A DNA stretch of 64,000 nt. Source: Phycisphaerales bacterium (GTDB lineage: Bacteria; Planctomycetota; Phycisphaerae; Phycisphaerales; UBA1924). Made by a program: the position numbers and the translations under genes. The stretch lies in assembly GCA_046350435.1 (NCBI GenBank), contig JAXMAK010000003.1, forward strand, positions 611,535 to 675,534. The letters are read 5' to 3'. The notes under the pieces were generated by a model. It was not told the origin of the DNA, did not search any database, and saw only the letters and a program-made list of their open reading frames with translations. Below are positions 1-10,462 of this stretch, one piece after another; the stretch's first letter is position 1, and every line of letters begins with the position of its first letter.

Positions 1-68
1 GGGGCTGGTGTCGCTGCGGCTTGTCACCGTTACCGAAAGCGCAGGTGGCAAGTGATAAACACGTACTC

Positions 69-165
69 GTGCCACCGACTGCCGCTTTGGGCGGTCGGTG
101 CGAACTTCAAAGCATCTTGGTCAACTCCAAAACCACCGACCGCTCAAAGCAGCAGTCGGTGGCAC
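69..165. repeat. REP-like hairpin pair A (GTGCCACCGAC...GTCGGTGC unit plus its inverted copy)
   Basis: Unit 69..101 'gtgccaccgactgccgctttgggcggtcggtgc'. The inverted unit 132..165 reads 'gtgccaccgactgctgctttgagcggtcggtggt' on the other strand. Confidence 0.8.
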
Positions 166-185
166 ATTGTTTCGGGGAGTTCGGC

Positions 186-677
186 ATGAGCCACCAACTC
201 CCGTTCCGCAAACGCAGCGCAGCGGCTGTCTACGAACAGCACTCCGGCCCGAACATGACGCCCATGGTGGACATTGTCATGGTGATCCTGATTTTCTTCA
301 TGGCGTCCGCGGCAATCTTGGGTCCAGAATGGTTCGTCGCGACACGCTTGCCAAAGACCGGTGCGGTGCGAGCAGGCGATCCGTCGCAGCAGCCCCTCAA
401 ACTGCGATTAGTCGTGAGCAAAGATCGAACCGGCGCTTCAACACTCACGATCAACGACGCGAATCCAGTGATCTTCGAAAGCGCCGTCGCTGCGATTCAA
501 TCGCAGGTTGCTGGGCGTGAATTGTCTGATGTGCTGGTGCTGATTGACCCTACACCCGAAGCCAGTTACGAAGACGTCGTTCGGCTGCACGCGATCTGTC
601 AGCAACTGGGACTCACGAAAGTGGGCTTGGGCAGCGCATCGCAGTTGACGCCGCCAGTCAACTTGCCTGCGGACTGA
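186..677 (+). CDS. exbD: ExbD/TolR-family biopolymer transport protein
   Basis: ORF 21..677 trimmed to the ATG at 186, because the upstream part overlaps REP-like hairpins. Single N-terminal TM 'MTPMVDIVMVILIFFMASAAIL' followed by a periplasmic domain, typical of ExbD/TolR. Confidence 0.75.
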   Translation: MSHQLPFRKRSAAAVYEQHSGPNMTPMVDIVMVILIFFMASAAILGPEWFVATRLPKTGAVRAGDPSQQPLKLRLVVSKDRTGASTLTINDANPVIFESAVAAIQSQVAGRELSDVLVLIDPTPEASYEDVVRLHAICQQLGLTKVGLGSASQLTPPVNLPAD

Positions 678-804
678 TGCGGACTTGCATTGTGCATTGG
701 TCGCCACAACTGAAGGTGCAAACATTTACTCGTGACTTACTCGTTTGCAGTGCGCGCGTTGTGCGAGACCAGTTGCACACTAATACGAACCGTCGCTGAA
801 AATT

Positions 805-902
805 GTGCCGCCGACTGGCGAAGCCGGTCGGTGCCGAGTTGAAATTCAGTCAGCAAGCACGCCAATCCAGCACCGACCGCGCAAAGCCGCAGTCGGTGGC
901 AC
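805..902. repeat. REP-like hairpin pair B
   Basis: Units 805..835 and 870..902 in inverted orientation. Same consensus as pair A. Confidence 0.8.
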
Positions 903-1042
903 GCGTGACTTCAACCGGTGACGCGTACAAGAGATACTCATTGCACACGGCGGACCAGTGCAAGTGATCGAGCGAACGTCGGAGTGAGCCAAGCCCGAAC
1001 TTCAATCGCAATTGGTAGATATTCATGCGTTGCGGGAATCGC

Positions 1043-1070
1043 GCCGGGGGCTTGCGCCCCTCGGCTCTTG
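1043..1070 (+). terminator. Possible terminator hairpin between the convergent exbD and 1072..3360
   Basis: 'gccgggggcttgcgcccctcggc' followed by 'tcttgttt'. The stem is imperfect. Confidence 0.4.
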
Positions 1071-1071
1071 T

Positions 1072-3360
1072 TTAGACGCCACACGCTGTGCACGGCCCTT
1101 CGCTGAACACCAGCAGGAATGCATCGATATCGCATGGATCAAACAGTGATCCATCGTTATTGAAGTCGATGTCATTGCACGTCGCACTTGGAGGCACGCA
1201 CGGTCCTTCGCTGTACACGCTCAGGAACGCGTCGATGTCCTGCGGATCGAAGAGAGACGTGTCGTTGTTGAAGTCAATCGAGTCACAGATCGGCCCGGTG
1301 GGAATCTGCGTGACATTGCCGATATACAGCACCGCGTTGTAAGCCTCGTCGACTGATGTTTGCACGCCCTGAGGCGAAGTCGGGTCCTGATATTGCCCGT
1401 CCTGATTCACGTCATACACGACGCGAGCAGAAACTGCAAGACCACCCAAGTGCTGCGGCGCACTCGCGGGGAGTGCATTCGCCGCGATGTCATTTGCCCA
1501 AGGTGACGATGACACGTTCGTCGACCACATGCTCGCCGAAGAAATCGAATCCTCATCAGCCAGTCCGAGCCATGACACTTTGTAGTTGCGCTGCGAGTTC
1601 TGGCCCGCAAACACATCGCCCTGCGCGAGCACAAGTTCTAGCCTGTAACACGGCGTGCTTGCATCCAGCACACCACGCACAAGCGCAACCGTTCGCTCTT
1701 CAAGCACCATCGACCCTGCGAGCTTCTTCAGCGCAACACTCGCTATGAAGTACACATTGCCCGCACTGTCAAAAGCTGGCGCTGAAAGCGACGGACCAAC
1801 ATACCCGCTGGGCCCGTTCGAGAGCGGCACGAGCCGCCCGATCGTCGCGTCGAGTTGATTGATACTCCCATCACCCTCGCCCGCGTCATTCGTATTCGGC
1901 GCGCCATCGACACCAAAGTCACCCAGAATATCCTTGCCATCATCGTTCGCACCATCCACCCAAGCCGCGGCTGTCCAACTGGGCGCGTTCGCGTTGTTCG
2001 GATCAAATCGCCCAACCACAATCGCGTTGAACGGATTGTTTGTGTTGCCACCAGGCTGCGAACCGTTGTACACCGTCGCAGCAACCAAACCCATGCCTGC
2101 AAGGTCCTTGCCAATCGCAGCCGGCCCTGTTCCACCACGGAACGCCGCCTGACTATCAAATTGCCTGAAATCCCCGCCTGAAATAGGCCAGTTGAAACCA
2201 TCGCAGGTGTCGCTGACGCTCGCGGGCAGAGTCAAAGTGCGTGCGTTCACGATCGTGTTGGTTGTGGACAATCCAAATACGCTGATTGAATCGGTCTTGC
2301 CGCCGCCACCGGTGCTGCGTGACAGAATCGCACCGGAGCCGCGAGTGTTGGGCCAGAGCGTTGCGCCGCTGAATGTGGGCGCGCCGCGATGATCCGTTGT
2401 GCCGGGGCGATGTGTATTCACTGTGGAAAGTGTGCTTGTGACGGGTCGCACCAACAGATCGCCAACGAAGTTGGATCCGATGAGTGTGCTGACGCCATTG
2501 CCTGCATCTGCTGGCACAAGCGCGGGTGGTGAGACTGTGACCGTATTCCGAACGACGAGCCAGTTACTCGCGTTGCTTCCACCAGCGTTGCTGATGGTGT
2601 TGACAGTCGTTTCAAGACGCGTGGGTGCGGTGATGTAAAAATAATTGTCGTTGAGCAATGGCGACGCGCTCGCAGTCTGAAATCCGTCAGCGCGGATCAG
2701 GACGCTGCCGGTTGCTTCGACGCCGCCAAGACCGAACTGGCTTGTATCGCTCGCAGCAGAGGGACCGTTCAACGCACACACAGTTCGCGTGACGTGGATG
2801 CGCGAGGGGTTTGCAGGATCGTAACTGACACTTGCACTGCTGACGCTGTTGGTGAACACCAGCAACGCGCCCGAGACCTGCTCATCAAAGTCGAGTACAC
2901 CAACGCCGAACTGCGCAACGTTTCCTGACAACGCAACCGGCGTATTGCCAGCTGTGTTGTTCTGCGTCGGATTGAGACCGGCACCGGCAATTGTCCACCT
3001 TGCATAGTTCGTCGAGGTCAACGAGGTGCTCCGAATCGTCGTGCTGATCGTGCTTGGACCGTTCACCGCGTTGAACCGACCATCACTGACCTTCACAGAC
3101 TTCAGCACTGGCCCAATGCCAAACGGCGTGCCCCACGACGTTTCAAAGTTTGTCAAGTCGACAACGAAGTTGGCTCGCTGAAAGGGTTGTCCGGTTGCGA
3201 ATGCAGAAAGCGCGTCGCCCGGCAAACCATTCCCGCCGTTTGCGTTCGTTGAAACAGAATCCTGAGCCACAGCACAGCCAGCGCTCGCGAGCATCGCCGT
3301 GATCGCCCAGCGGGAGATCGTGGTAAGCGAACATTCAGGACTCTTTCGGGCAATCGACAT
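1072..3360 (-). CDS. Large secreted protein with duplicated dockerin/EF-hand-like C-terminal module
   Basis: ORF 1072..3402. The internal ATG at 3360 gives a signal-like N-terminus (MSIARK...AITAMLASAGCAVAQ). The C-terminus has two tandem ~33-aa repeats 'C..IDFNNDxSxFDPxDIDAFLxVxSEGPC', shared with 31651..32649 and 32757..34973. Confidence 0.75.
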   Translation of the reverse strand: MSIARKSPECSLTTISRWAITAMLASAGCAVAQDSVSTNANGGNGLPGDALSAFATGQPFQRANFVVDLTNFETSWGTPFGIGPVLKSVKVSDGRFNAVNGPSTISTTIRSTSLTSTNYARWTIAGAGLNPTQNNTAGNTPVALSGNVAQFGVGVLDFDEQVSGALLVFTNSVSSASVSYDPANPSRIHVTRTVCALNGPSAASDTSQFGLGGVEATGSVLIRADGFQTASASPLLNDNYFYITAPTRLETTVNTISNAGGSNASNWLVVRNTVTVSPPALVPADAGNGVSTLIGSNFVGDLLVRPVTSTLSTVNTHRPGTTDHRGAPTFSGATLWPNTRGSGAILSRSTGGGGKTDSISVFGLSTTNTIVNARTLTLPASVSDTCDGFNWPISGGDFRQFDSQAAFRGGTGPAAIGKDLAGMGLVAATVYNGSQPGGNTNNPFNAIVVGRFDPNNANAPSWTAAAWVDGANDDGKDILGDFGVDGAPNTNDAGEGDGSINQLDATIGRLVPLSNGPSGYVGPSLSAPAFDSAGNVYFIASVALKKLAGSMVLEERTVALVRGVLDASTPCYRLELVLAQGDVFAGQNSQRNYKVSWLGLADEDSISSASMWSTNVSSSPWANDIAANALPASAPQHLGGLAVSARVVYDVNQDGQYQDPTSPQGVQTSVDEAYNAVLYIGNVTQIPTGPICDSIDFNNDTSLFDPQDIDAFLSVYSEGPCVPPSATCNDIDFNNDGSLFDPCDIDAFLLVFSEGPCTACGV

Positions 3361-3555
3361 CGACACGCTCCTCACTGATAAACGGCACGATCCTCGGGTC
3401 AACCCCGGAGTACTACATTGTATCGGACGCTGGCAAAAAACACCAGAGAAACGTGCGAGTAAACAGAGTTAAAAACTCATCCGGACCGCAAGATTTTCGC
3501 GATTGTCGCCCGCCATCACAGAGTTATCGCAAATACATCTCGGACCTGCGCCGGA

Positions 3556-4467
3556 TCAAGCCACTTCCATCGCCGCCCGCAAACGTCCAGCAAGCCGTGC
3601 ATTTGCACGAACAAGCGCGATGTTCGCCCGCAGCGTGGCTCCGCCCGAAATCAGATGCAACGCACCCAGAATCGCTGGCGTCACATCGCGTCCCTTCGCT
3701 CCATGCTCTTCGGCGTGCTTTCGTGCCTGCATGAGCCAACGCTCAAACGCGTGTGCATCGATCTCGTGCTCTTCAGGAATCGGATGTGCGATCAACACAC
3801 CTCGGCCAGTGCGTTTGATTTCGCTGTTCACGAATCGAGCGAGTTCTTGCACGTCATCGATTCGAGCGTCAACCTTCGCATCACTATGTCGAAGATAGAA
3901 CGCTGGGAAGCGATCAGTGCCGACACCGATCACCGGGACGCCAAGCGTCTCCAACGCCTCACGAGTCGCAGGAATATCCAGCAGACTCTTGACACCACTC
4001 GCAACGACTGCGACCGGGAATCGCGTTAGCGCGAAAAGGTCCGTCGAAATATCCAGATGCGTCGCCCAGCCTTGATGCACGCCGCCAAGGCCGCCTGTCG
4101 CGAAGACTTTGACGCCAGCGACTGCCGCGATTTCCATCGTTGTACTCACGGTGGTCGCGGCGTGGCTCTTGCGAGCGATGAGCACGCCCAGATTGCTTGT
4201 GTTCGCCTTTGGCACGCTTTCGGCATCGCGCATCAACGCGAGTTCGGCGTGCGTCATACCCACCGTTGGAACGCCCGCGACGACGCCAATCAACGCAGGC
4301 TCTGCACCGCTGCTTCGTACGTCCGCCTCAAGTTCCGCAGCCAAGCCCATGCAACTTTCGTGTGGCACGCCATGCAAAAGCAAGGTCGTCTCCAGCGCAA
4401 CCGCTTTGGGACCACAGCGAATTGCAAAGCCATCTGCGTTCATATGTGAGTTTAGGATGCGACTCAA
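3556..4467 (-). CDS. psuG: Pseudouridine-5'-phosphate glycosidase
   Basis: 303 aa. Motifs ALETTLLLHG, VFATGGLGGVH and GVPVIGVGTD are characteristic of the IndA/PsuG family. Confidence 0.85.
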   Translation of the reverse strand: MSRILNSHMNADGFAIRCGPKAVALETTLLLHGVPHESCMGLAAELEADVRSSGAEPALIGVVAGVPTVGMTHAELALMRDAESVPKANTSNLGVLIARKSHAATTVSTTMEIAAVAGVKVFATGGLGGVHQGWATHLDISTDLFALTRFPVAVVASGVKSLLDIPATREALETLGVPVIGVGTDRFPAFYLRHSDAKVDARIDDVQELARFVNSEIKRTGRGVLIAHPIPEEHEIDAHAFERWLMQARKHAEEHGAKGRDVTPAILGALHLISGGATLRANIALVRANARLAGRLRAAMEVA

Positions 4468-4515
4468 GATCGCTTGCTTTCAAGCGACAAGAATGAGCCA
4501 GGAGTGCCACAAGTT

Positions 4516-5355
4516 TCAAGCTGGTGCAAAGGGCTTCGCGTCCTTCTCGCGGGGTTTCTGCGGCCCAAGTCCAAACACCAGCGAAATCGTCGCAATGAGC
4601 CCCGTGAATGCAGACGCAGGCATGGTCCAGCCCGCCGCCGCGATGCCATTGTTGAAGAAGTTGTGTGTGGGACCAATCTGCCCCGCCTGCGGCATCAACT
4701 GCAACGCGGCTTGGAATTGCCACGTGTTTTCATGGAGTTCGCCCGGCTTTGGTTCCTGTACGCCTCGCGTTGTCGGATAGTTGAGCCGCTCATACTTCTT
4801 GATCGTGCCATCAGGCATCAACTCGCGGAAGTCAAACTGCCAATCTTTCTTCCACACGTTGCCCCAGGTCGCCGGATCGCTGCCGGGGAACGGGATTCGC
4901 GTGATGATGACGAGACGATCGGGAATGGTGCCTGCATCCAGTTTTTTCAGGAATGACTCGGGCGACTCGCCATCCGTGTTGGCCATGCGGAACACTTTGA
5001 GCCAATCTTCGTGACGCTTCAAGCCCGGCAGTTTGTCTCGACCCGGTGCAGTCGTGTTGGGAATTTCAATCCGAATCCGCTCAGATTCGTCGCCATACTT
5101 CAGAATCAGCGCTCCTGCATTGCCCAGCGTTCGGTTCTTCTCCGCATGGGCTGCGTCGACTTCTTCCATCTGGAAAGATACTTCACGCCCGGCGTACTTG
5201 AACTCCGTCGCCTCGATCTGGCGAAACGCGTAGATATCCCGCGGGTTGTTGCGATGGAACGTAGCGATCCGCTGGCTCATGAGATAAATGCATGCCAGCA
5301 TCGCCGCGAGCGACGCGGCTGCGATCAGGAGCCATGTTGGGCGAGTCAGGTTCAT
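4516..5355 (-). CDS. Hypothetical membrane protein (TM helices at the N- and C-termini)
   Basis: ORF 4516..5460 trimmed to the ATG at 5355 (MNLTRPTWLLIAAASLAAMLACIYL), because the upstream part overlaps a REP-like hairpin pair. No family recognised. Confidence 0.5.
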   Translation of the reverse strand: MNLTRPTWLLIAAASLAAMLACIYLMSQRIATFHRNNPRDIYAFRQIEATEFKYAGREVSFQMEEVDAAHAEKNRTLGNAGALILKYGDESERIRIEIPNTTAPGRDKLPGLKRHEDWLKVFRMANTDGESPESFLKKLDAGTIPDRLVIITRIPFPGSDPATWGNVWKKDWQFDFRELMPDGTIKKYERLNYPTTRGVQEPKPGELHENTWQFQAALQLMPQAGQIGPTHNFFNNGIAAAGWTMPASAFTGLIATISLVFGLGPQKPREKDAKPFAPA

Positions 5356-5370
5356 CGGGACAAGAAACCC

Positions 5371-5487
5371 GTGCCACCGATTGTGCTTTGACAGTCGGTG
5401 GCGTATTACCAACGATCCCGGAAGTCTCACCGACTTTCCGACGACTCGCAGACTTTGCACCGACAGTCAAAGCGCTGTCGGTGGCAC
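5371..5487. repeat. REP-like hairpin pair C
   Basis: Units 5371..5402 and 5457..5487 in inverted orientation, between the subunit IV-like gene and the downstream hypothetical gene. Confidence 0.8.
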
Positions 5488-5491
5488 AGTA

Positions 5492-6229
5492 TCAGTGTGC
5501 GCCAGCGGGCTTGGCTTCGCCGTGCGATTCACCAGCATGTGCATCGTGGCCATGCTCCGAGCCGCCCGCAGTCGCTTCGAGCGCGCCGGTCATGCCTTTG
5601 AGGGCGCGGCTGTGGCTCGCTGTGCTTGCGGTCGCTTCATGCTCGCCATGATGACCATGACCGTGCAGCAATGTTGCGCCAAGTTCGTTGTAGCGCTTCT
5701 CGCCTGCAGCGAGTTTCGCGGCGTCGTCGGCTTTTTCGCCAACGATCTCAGTGCCAAGTTTCTTAATGAACTCTTCCTTGCGAACCTGCGTGAGAGGCTT
5801 ATCCGTGCCCCAAGTGCCGCCCTGGATCGCATACGTGCCTTTGTAGTCATACACGCGATCGCGCGTGAAGAGGTCCAGCGATGTGAACAGCAGGAACAAC
5901 CCCACTGCGAAGAAGCAGAAGAGCATGATGATGGTGTTCATCGGGTTGTCGTAGCGTAACTGCATGAAGTATGCCATGACCAGCACAGCTTTAACAGTGG
6001 CGATGAGCATTGCACCCGCGACGTTGAGCCACGCGGGCAGCGAGATCGCAAAGTAGCTCATGATCCACGACTCAAGCTGCGCCGTCGCAACCGTGAGGAC
6101 CGTGAAGGCGAGCAACGCGCCGAGGATGAGCCGCAGCGTGATGGGCGGCACGATCACGTGCGTGTGAGGCGTCCCGCCGTGCGGGTCAGTCTCGTCAAAG
6201 TTTTGAGCGGAATGAGCGTGAGTAGTCAT
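5492..6229 (-). CDS. Cytochrome c oxidase subunit IV-like membrane protein with His-rich C-terminal extension
   Basis: Lies directly downstream of coxC. Has three TM helices and a 'KAVLVMAYFMQLRYD' motif like prokaryotic COX subunit IV (CtaF/CoxD type). The C-terminal ~60 aa are His/Gly/Ala/Glu-rich (LLHGHGHHGEHE...EHGHDAHAGESHGE). Confidence 0.65.
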   Translation of the reverse strand: MTTHAHSAQNFDETDPHGGTPHTHVIVPPITLRLILGALLAFTVLTVATAQLESWIMSYFAISLPAWLNVAGAMLIATVKAVLVMAYFMQLRYDNPMNTIIMLFCFFAVGLFLLFTSLDLFTRDRVYDYKGTYAIQGGTWGTDKPLTQVRKEEFIKKLGTEIVGEKADDAAKLAAGEKRYNELGATLLHGHGHHGEHEATASTASHSRALKGMTGALEATAGGSEHGHDAHAGESHGEAKPAGAH

Positions 6230-6243
6230 AGAGAACTCGGAAA

Positions 6244-6335
6244 AGGCATTAGGAATTAGGCATTGGGCATTGGTGAAAAGGCATTGAATTCACTAGCTTC
6301 TTCTTTGCTAATGCCTGATGCCCAATCCCCAATGC
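6244..6335. repeat. Heptad-built palindromic element (GGCATTG family), copy 1
   Basis: Left arm 6244..6273 'aggcattaggaattaggcattgggcattgg'. Right arm 6308..6335 'ctaatgcctgatgcccaatccccaatgc'. Sits in the 113-nt gap between coxC and the subunit IV-like gene. Confidence 0.8.
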
Positions 6336-6342
6336 ATCCCTC

Positions 6343-7152
6343 TTAGTGGATCAAGTACAACAGTGGGAACAGGAAAATCCAGACCAAGTCGACCAAGTGC
6401 CAGTACAGGCCCGTGATTTCGACATAGGTGTAGTGACCAGAGCCATAGTGACCCTTGAATGAACGGACGTAGGCACGGGCGATCATCGCCATGCCGATCA
6501 CGACGTGGGTTGCGTGAATTGCAGTGCCGGAGTAGTACACGCCCCACCACAGCGGCATGTTGGGATCGCTTGCGAACGGATAGGCGAAGAACTTGCCGGG
6601 AGCCTTGCCGCCGTAGCCCTCGACGAACTGAATCAGGCCGCCGTAGAGCGCCTTGCTCTCGACGATGTTCGCCTTGTAGTGCGACAACGCCGGGTCAAAC
6701 ATGAAGAAGTAACCCGTCCACTTGGGCATGTACTCAAAGCCCAGTTTGATGACGAGGAACGCCAGCCCGCAGAAGAAAGTGATCGCGAGCAGACGCTGAC
6801 CATGTTTGATGCGATCGGTCTGGAAGCAGTAGATAGACATCGCCATCGTGTAACTGGAGACCAGCAGCACGACAGTGTTCGCGCCGCCAATCTTCCAGTC
6901 GAGATAGCTGCTGCCCTCGGCCCATGCCGCTGGGTGCATCGCACGGAAAATTGCGTACGCGACGAAGATGCCTGCGAACAGCAGCACTTCGGTCGTGAGG
7001 AAGAGCCAGAAGCCCAATTTACAGGCATCAAACTCTTCGTCCTTGCTCCGCCAGTGATGTCCGTGCCGGTAGCGTGCCCACAGGGGCAGCAGGTCGGAGA
7101 CACCTGGCTTGTTGGATGGCATTGTCGTCATAGGAAACTCGATTGAGGTCAA
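6343..7152 (-). CDS. coxC: Cytochrome c oxidase subunit III
   Basis: 269 aa, polytopic. FWLFLTTEVLLFAGIF, YWHLVDLVWIFLFPLLYL and the position after coxA fit heme-copper oxidase subunit III. Confidence 0.9.
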   Translation of the reverse strand: MTSIEFPMTTMPSNKPGVSDLLPLWARYRHGHHWRSKDEEFDACKLGFWLFLTTEVLLFAGIFVAYAIFRAMHPAAWAEGSSYLDWKIGGANTVVLLVSSYTMAMSIYCFQTDRIKHGQRLLAITFFCGLAFLVIKLGFEYMPKWTGYFFMFDPALSHYKANIVESKALYGGLIQFVEGYGGKAPGKFFAYPFASDPNMPLWWGVYYSGTAIHATHVVIGMAMIARAYVRSFKGHYGSGHYTYVEITGLYWHLVDLVWIFLFPLLYLIH

Positions 7153-7182
7153 TTCAAAGTCGATTCAACTCAGCCAATTGCT

Positions 7183-8970
7183 TCAGTGCGCTCCAGCCTT
7201 CGCCGCCCGAAGGTTCTCCTCCGGTATCGGATAATCCTTCGGATCCCAGCCAGGCGGCACGGTCGTATCAAAGTCATACGGCCCGTGCTTGCACAGAGGC
7301 TCGTGATCGAAGTTGTGCTCGCTGGGTGGGCTGGAGGTTTCCCAGTCCATCGTGAGGCCGCCCCACGGGTTCTGAGGAGCCTTCTTGCCGCTCGCGAGGC
7401 TCGCCGCGAACACGAACAGATGCATCAGGAAGCCCACAAGCAGGATGAGCGAGCCGCCCGTTGAGATGTGGTGATAGATCTTGAATTCATCGATGTAGCT
7501 CGCGTATCGGCGGGGCATGCCCTGCGTGCCCAGGAAGAACTGCGTGAAGAACGTGAGGTTGAAGCCAATGAAGACGATGATCGCGGCGGTCGTTGCCCAC
7601 TTCTGGTTGTACATCCGGCCGAACATCTTGGGCCACCAGTGGTGCAGGCCCGCCATGATTGCCATGATCGTGCCGCCCATCATCACGTAGTGGAAGTGTG
7701 CCACGACGAAGTAGCTGTCGTGCAAGTGCAGGTCGGTGGAGAGCGTGCCCAAGGGCAAGCCCGTCAAGCCACCGATCGAGAACAGGAACAGGAAGATCAA
7801 CGCGTACACCATGGGCGTCGTCAACGCGATCGAGCCCTTGTACAGCGTGCTGATCCAGTTGAAGACCTTCACGGCGGTTGGAATTGCGACCAAGAACGTC
7901 AGGCCGCTGAACACAACGCCCGCAACTTCGCTCATGCTGGTAAACATGTGGTGGCCCCACACGATGAACGACACGGCCGCGATGCCCAGCGACGAGAACG
8001 CGATCGCGCGATAGCCGAAGATTTTCTTGTGGCTGTGGACTGCAAGCACGTCGCTGATGATGCCCATGCCGGGCAGAATCATCACGTACACCACCGGGTG
8101 GCTATAGAACCAGAAGAAGTGCTGGAAGAGCACCGGGTCGCCGCCCAGTGCCGGATCGAAGATACCCACGCGGAAGATGCGTTCAAAGCTGAGCAACAGG
8201 AGCGTGATGCCGATGACGGGAGTCGCGAGCACCTGAATGATCGCGCTGCTGTACACGGCCCACACAAAGAGCGGCATATCAAACCAGCCCATGCCCGGTG
8301 CACGAAGCTTGTGCACCGTCACGACGAAGTTGAGGCCGGTCAGAATCGAACTGAAACCCAGAATGAACGCCCCCATCACCATGAACACAACACGCCCGAA
8401 TTCGTTGCCTGTCGATGTTGAATAGGGTGTGTAGAACGTCCATCCGGTATCGACACCCCCCAAGATGATCGACGATACCGCGAATATCGAACCAATGACG
8501 TAGATGTACCAACTCAGCAAGTTCAGCCGCGGGAACGCGACGTCCTTTGCTCCCAGCATGATGGGCAGGAAGAAGTTGCCAAGGCTCGCCGGGATGCTCG
8601 GCACGATCACCATGAACACCATGATGGCGCCGTGCAGCGTAAAGAGGCGGTTATACACCTCGTTGCCCGCCGCGACTGTCTTGGCACCCTCATCGCCATA
8701 CGTGAACAACTGTCCAGTGACCACGCCTTGAGCGTTGATGCGCACCGGGTCCAGCAGTTCGACGCGCACGGCGATCGCCGCGAGCCCGCCCAGGAAGAAC
8801 ATGAACAGAATGGCGAACAGATACATCACGCCGATCTTCTTGTGGTCCACGGTTGTGGCCCAGTCGATCACCGTCGTGAAGAAGCCGCCCTTGGGATCAA
8901 GGTAACTGCCGTGGCCGTGCCCGCCTCCACCATGGCCTGCGTGTCCGGAATGTGCTGCCGCGCTACCCAT
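7183..8970 (-). CDS. coxA: Cytochrome c oxidase subunit I (heme-copper oxidase catalytic subunit)
   Basis: 595 aa. Canonical motifs: [31 protein letters not shown]. The N-terminus is His/Gly-rich ([15 protein letters not shown]). Confidence 0.95.
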   Translation of the reverse strand: MGSAAAHSGHAGHGGGGHGHGSYLDPKGGFFTTVIDWATTVDHKKIGVMYLFAILFMFFLGGLAAIAVRVELLDPVRINAQGVVTGQLFTYGDEGAKTVAAGNEVYNRLFTLHGAIMVFMVIVPSIPASLGNFFLPIMLGAKDVAFPRLNLLSWYIYVIGSIFAVSSIILGGVDTGWTFYTPYSTSTGNEFGRVVFMVMGAFILGFSSILTGLNFVVTVHKLRAPGMGWFDMPLFVWAVYSSAIIQVLATPVIGITLLLLSFERIFRVGIFDPALGGDPVLFQHFFWFYSHPVVYVMILPGMGIISDVLAVHSHKKIFGYRAIAFSSLGIAAVSFIVWGHHMFTSMSEVAGVVFSGLTFLVAIPTAVKVFNWISTLYKGSIALTTPMVYALIFLFLFSIGGLTGLPLGTLSTDLHLHDSYFVVAHFHYVMMGGTIMAIMAGLHHWWPKMFGRMYNQKWATTAAIIVFIGFNLTFFTQFFLGTQGMPRRYASYIDEFKIYHHISTGGSLILLVGFLMHLFVFAASLASGKKAPQNPWGGLTMDWETSSPPSEHNFDHEPLCKHGPYDFDTTVPPGWDPKDYPIPEENLRAAKAGAH

Positions 8971-9077
8971 GCATTACTCCATCTCTGAGAACTCGATGTG
9001 ATCGAGACTTCAGTGTTTTTCTCTTCAACCAACCAACCCCCCGAGCCCCGCCCCCCAACATCCAACTCAACAACTAC

Positions 9078-10364
9078 TCAGTGCCCGCCACCAGCCGCAG
9101 GCTTAGCCTCTGCTGGCTTCGCATCCGCGGCTTTCGCATCCGCAGGTTTCGCGTCAGCAGGAGCCGCCTCTGTCTGCGGGGCTTTGTCCGACAGTTTCTT
9201 CATGTATTCGATGATGTAGCCAACCTGCTGATTGCTGACAAGGTTCTCAGGGAACGCCGTCATGCCACCACCGGGATAATCAGCGCGAATGTGCTTGTTG
9301 GGCAACCGAATCGATTCGAGAATGTGGTTGTCGTCAGCCACAATCTTCGAGCCATCGGTGTAGCTGTGCTCGTAGCCATACAGGTTCTTCCAAGTTGGAC
9401 CTGTGCTGCCAGCTCCATCAATCGTGTGACACGATGAGCAGCGTGCTTTATAGATTCGCTGTCCCTTCTCCCAATTCGAAAGTGACAATGGATTGGTTTG
9501 GTCAGCCAGCCATATCTTGTAATCAGCCGGATCAACCACTCGAATGATCCCCGCCATCTCCGAGTGTCCCGTACCACAATACTCAGCACAGAAAATCCAG
9601 TAGTCGACGTACGGCTTGCCTCCAAGTCCCTCGACATACTGAGAATCCCACTTTGCTTCGGCCTTCGTCTTTGGATGATACTTGATCAGGTCAGGAGAGA
9701 CTGTGTCCAGTCCCTTCGCCTCAAAGTACATGCCAGTGAAGCGGTTGGGCACCAAGTCCTGCTTGATGCGGAAACTCGGAATCCAGAACGCGTGCATCAC
9801 GTCGTTGCTGTTCATCCTCAAACGGATCGGCGTCTTGGCAGGGATATAAAAGACCGGAATCGTTTCAGCGGCCTTTTCTGCCACAAGTCCGGCGGACGAA
9901 CCACGATTCACAACTGTCCCGCCCGGGTACTCCATATCCCACGACCACTTGTAACCCGTCAACTTCAATTCCATCGCGTTAGGCGGCGCGACCATTTTCT
10001 CGACGTAGCCCCGCATGCCTTGCCAGAAAATCCATACAAGGAACAAGGTCGGAATGATCGTCCAGAAGATTTCCAACTGAGAATTGTGGCTCACGCTCCG
10101 CTCAGCGATGCGCCCGGGGCGACGCCGGTACTTCAGCACGAAGTAGAACATCAGCCCCATCAGACCCACGAACCACACCACGCAGAACCACCACAGCCAC
10201 AGCATCATGGAGTCGGTGTGGTGCGCGAGTGCTGAACCCGTCCGCTCGCCCATCCAAGTTTTGAACCAGAAGCCCTTGGTGAGCCAACTGTCGTTGGAGT
10301 CCGAAGCCACGCCAGCAACGCTCGCGGCGTACAGGCTTGTGATGTTCATAGTCAGGTTCGTCAT
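9078..10364 (-). CDS. coxB: Cytochrome c oxidase subunit II fused to a C-terminal cytochrome c domain (caa3-type)
   Basis: CuA motif CAEYCGTGHSEM, followed by the heme c motif CSSCH. Low-complexity (ADAKP)n-like tail. Confidence 0.95.
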   Translation of the reverse strand: MTNLTMNITSLYAASVAGVASDSNDSWLTKGFWFKTWMGERTGSALAHHTDSMMLWLWWFCVVWFVGLMGLMFYFVLKYRRRPGRIAERSVSHNSQLEIFWTIIPTLFLVWIFWQGMRGYVEKMVAPPNAMELKLTGYKWSWDMEYPGGTVVNRGSSAGLVAEKAAETIPVFYIPAKTPIRLRMNSNDVMHAFWIPSFRIKQDLVPNRFTGMYFEAKGLDTVSPDLIKYHPKTKAEAKWDSQYVEGLGGKPYVDYWIFCAEYCGTGHSEMAGIIRVVDPADYKIWLADQTNPLSLSNWEKGQRIYKARCSSCHTIDGAGSTGPTWKNLYGYEHSYTDGSKIVADDNHILESIRLPNKHIRADYPGGGMTAFPENLVSNQQVGYIIEYMKKLSDKAPQTEAAPADAKPADAKAADAKPAEAKPAAGGGH

Positions 10365-10462
10365 ACGTCAGTCTTTCGTCTTCCTGAAACCCTGCTCCCG
10401 CGAGGGATCAGGCTGGCCGACAGTTCAAACTACTTTTTCACCGTCTCAACTTCGTCTTCGCT

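Noticed and set aside
6244-6335. Whether the short tandem-repeat elements (heptad and octad families) are CRISPR arrays.
   Set aside because: The repeats are 7-9 nt micro-repeats arranged as inverted arms. They are not 25-40-nt direct repeats with unique spacers of similar length. No cas genes are in the window.
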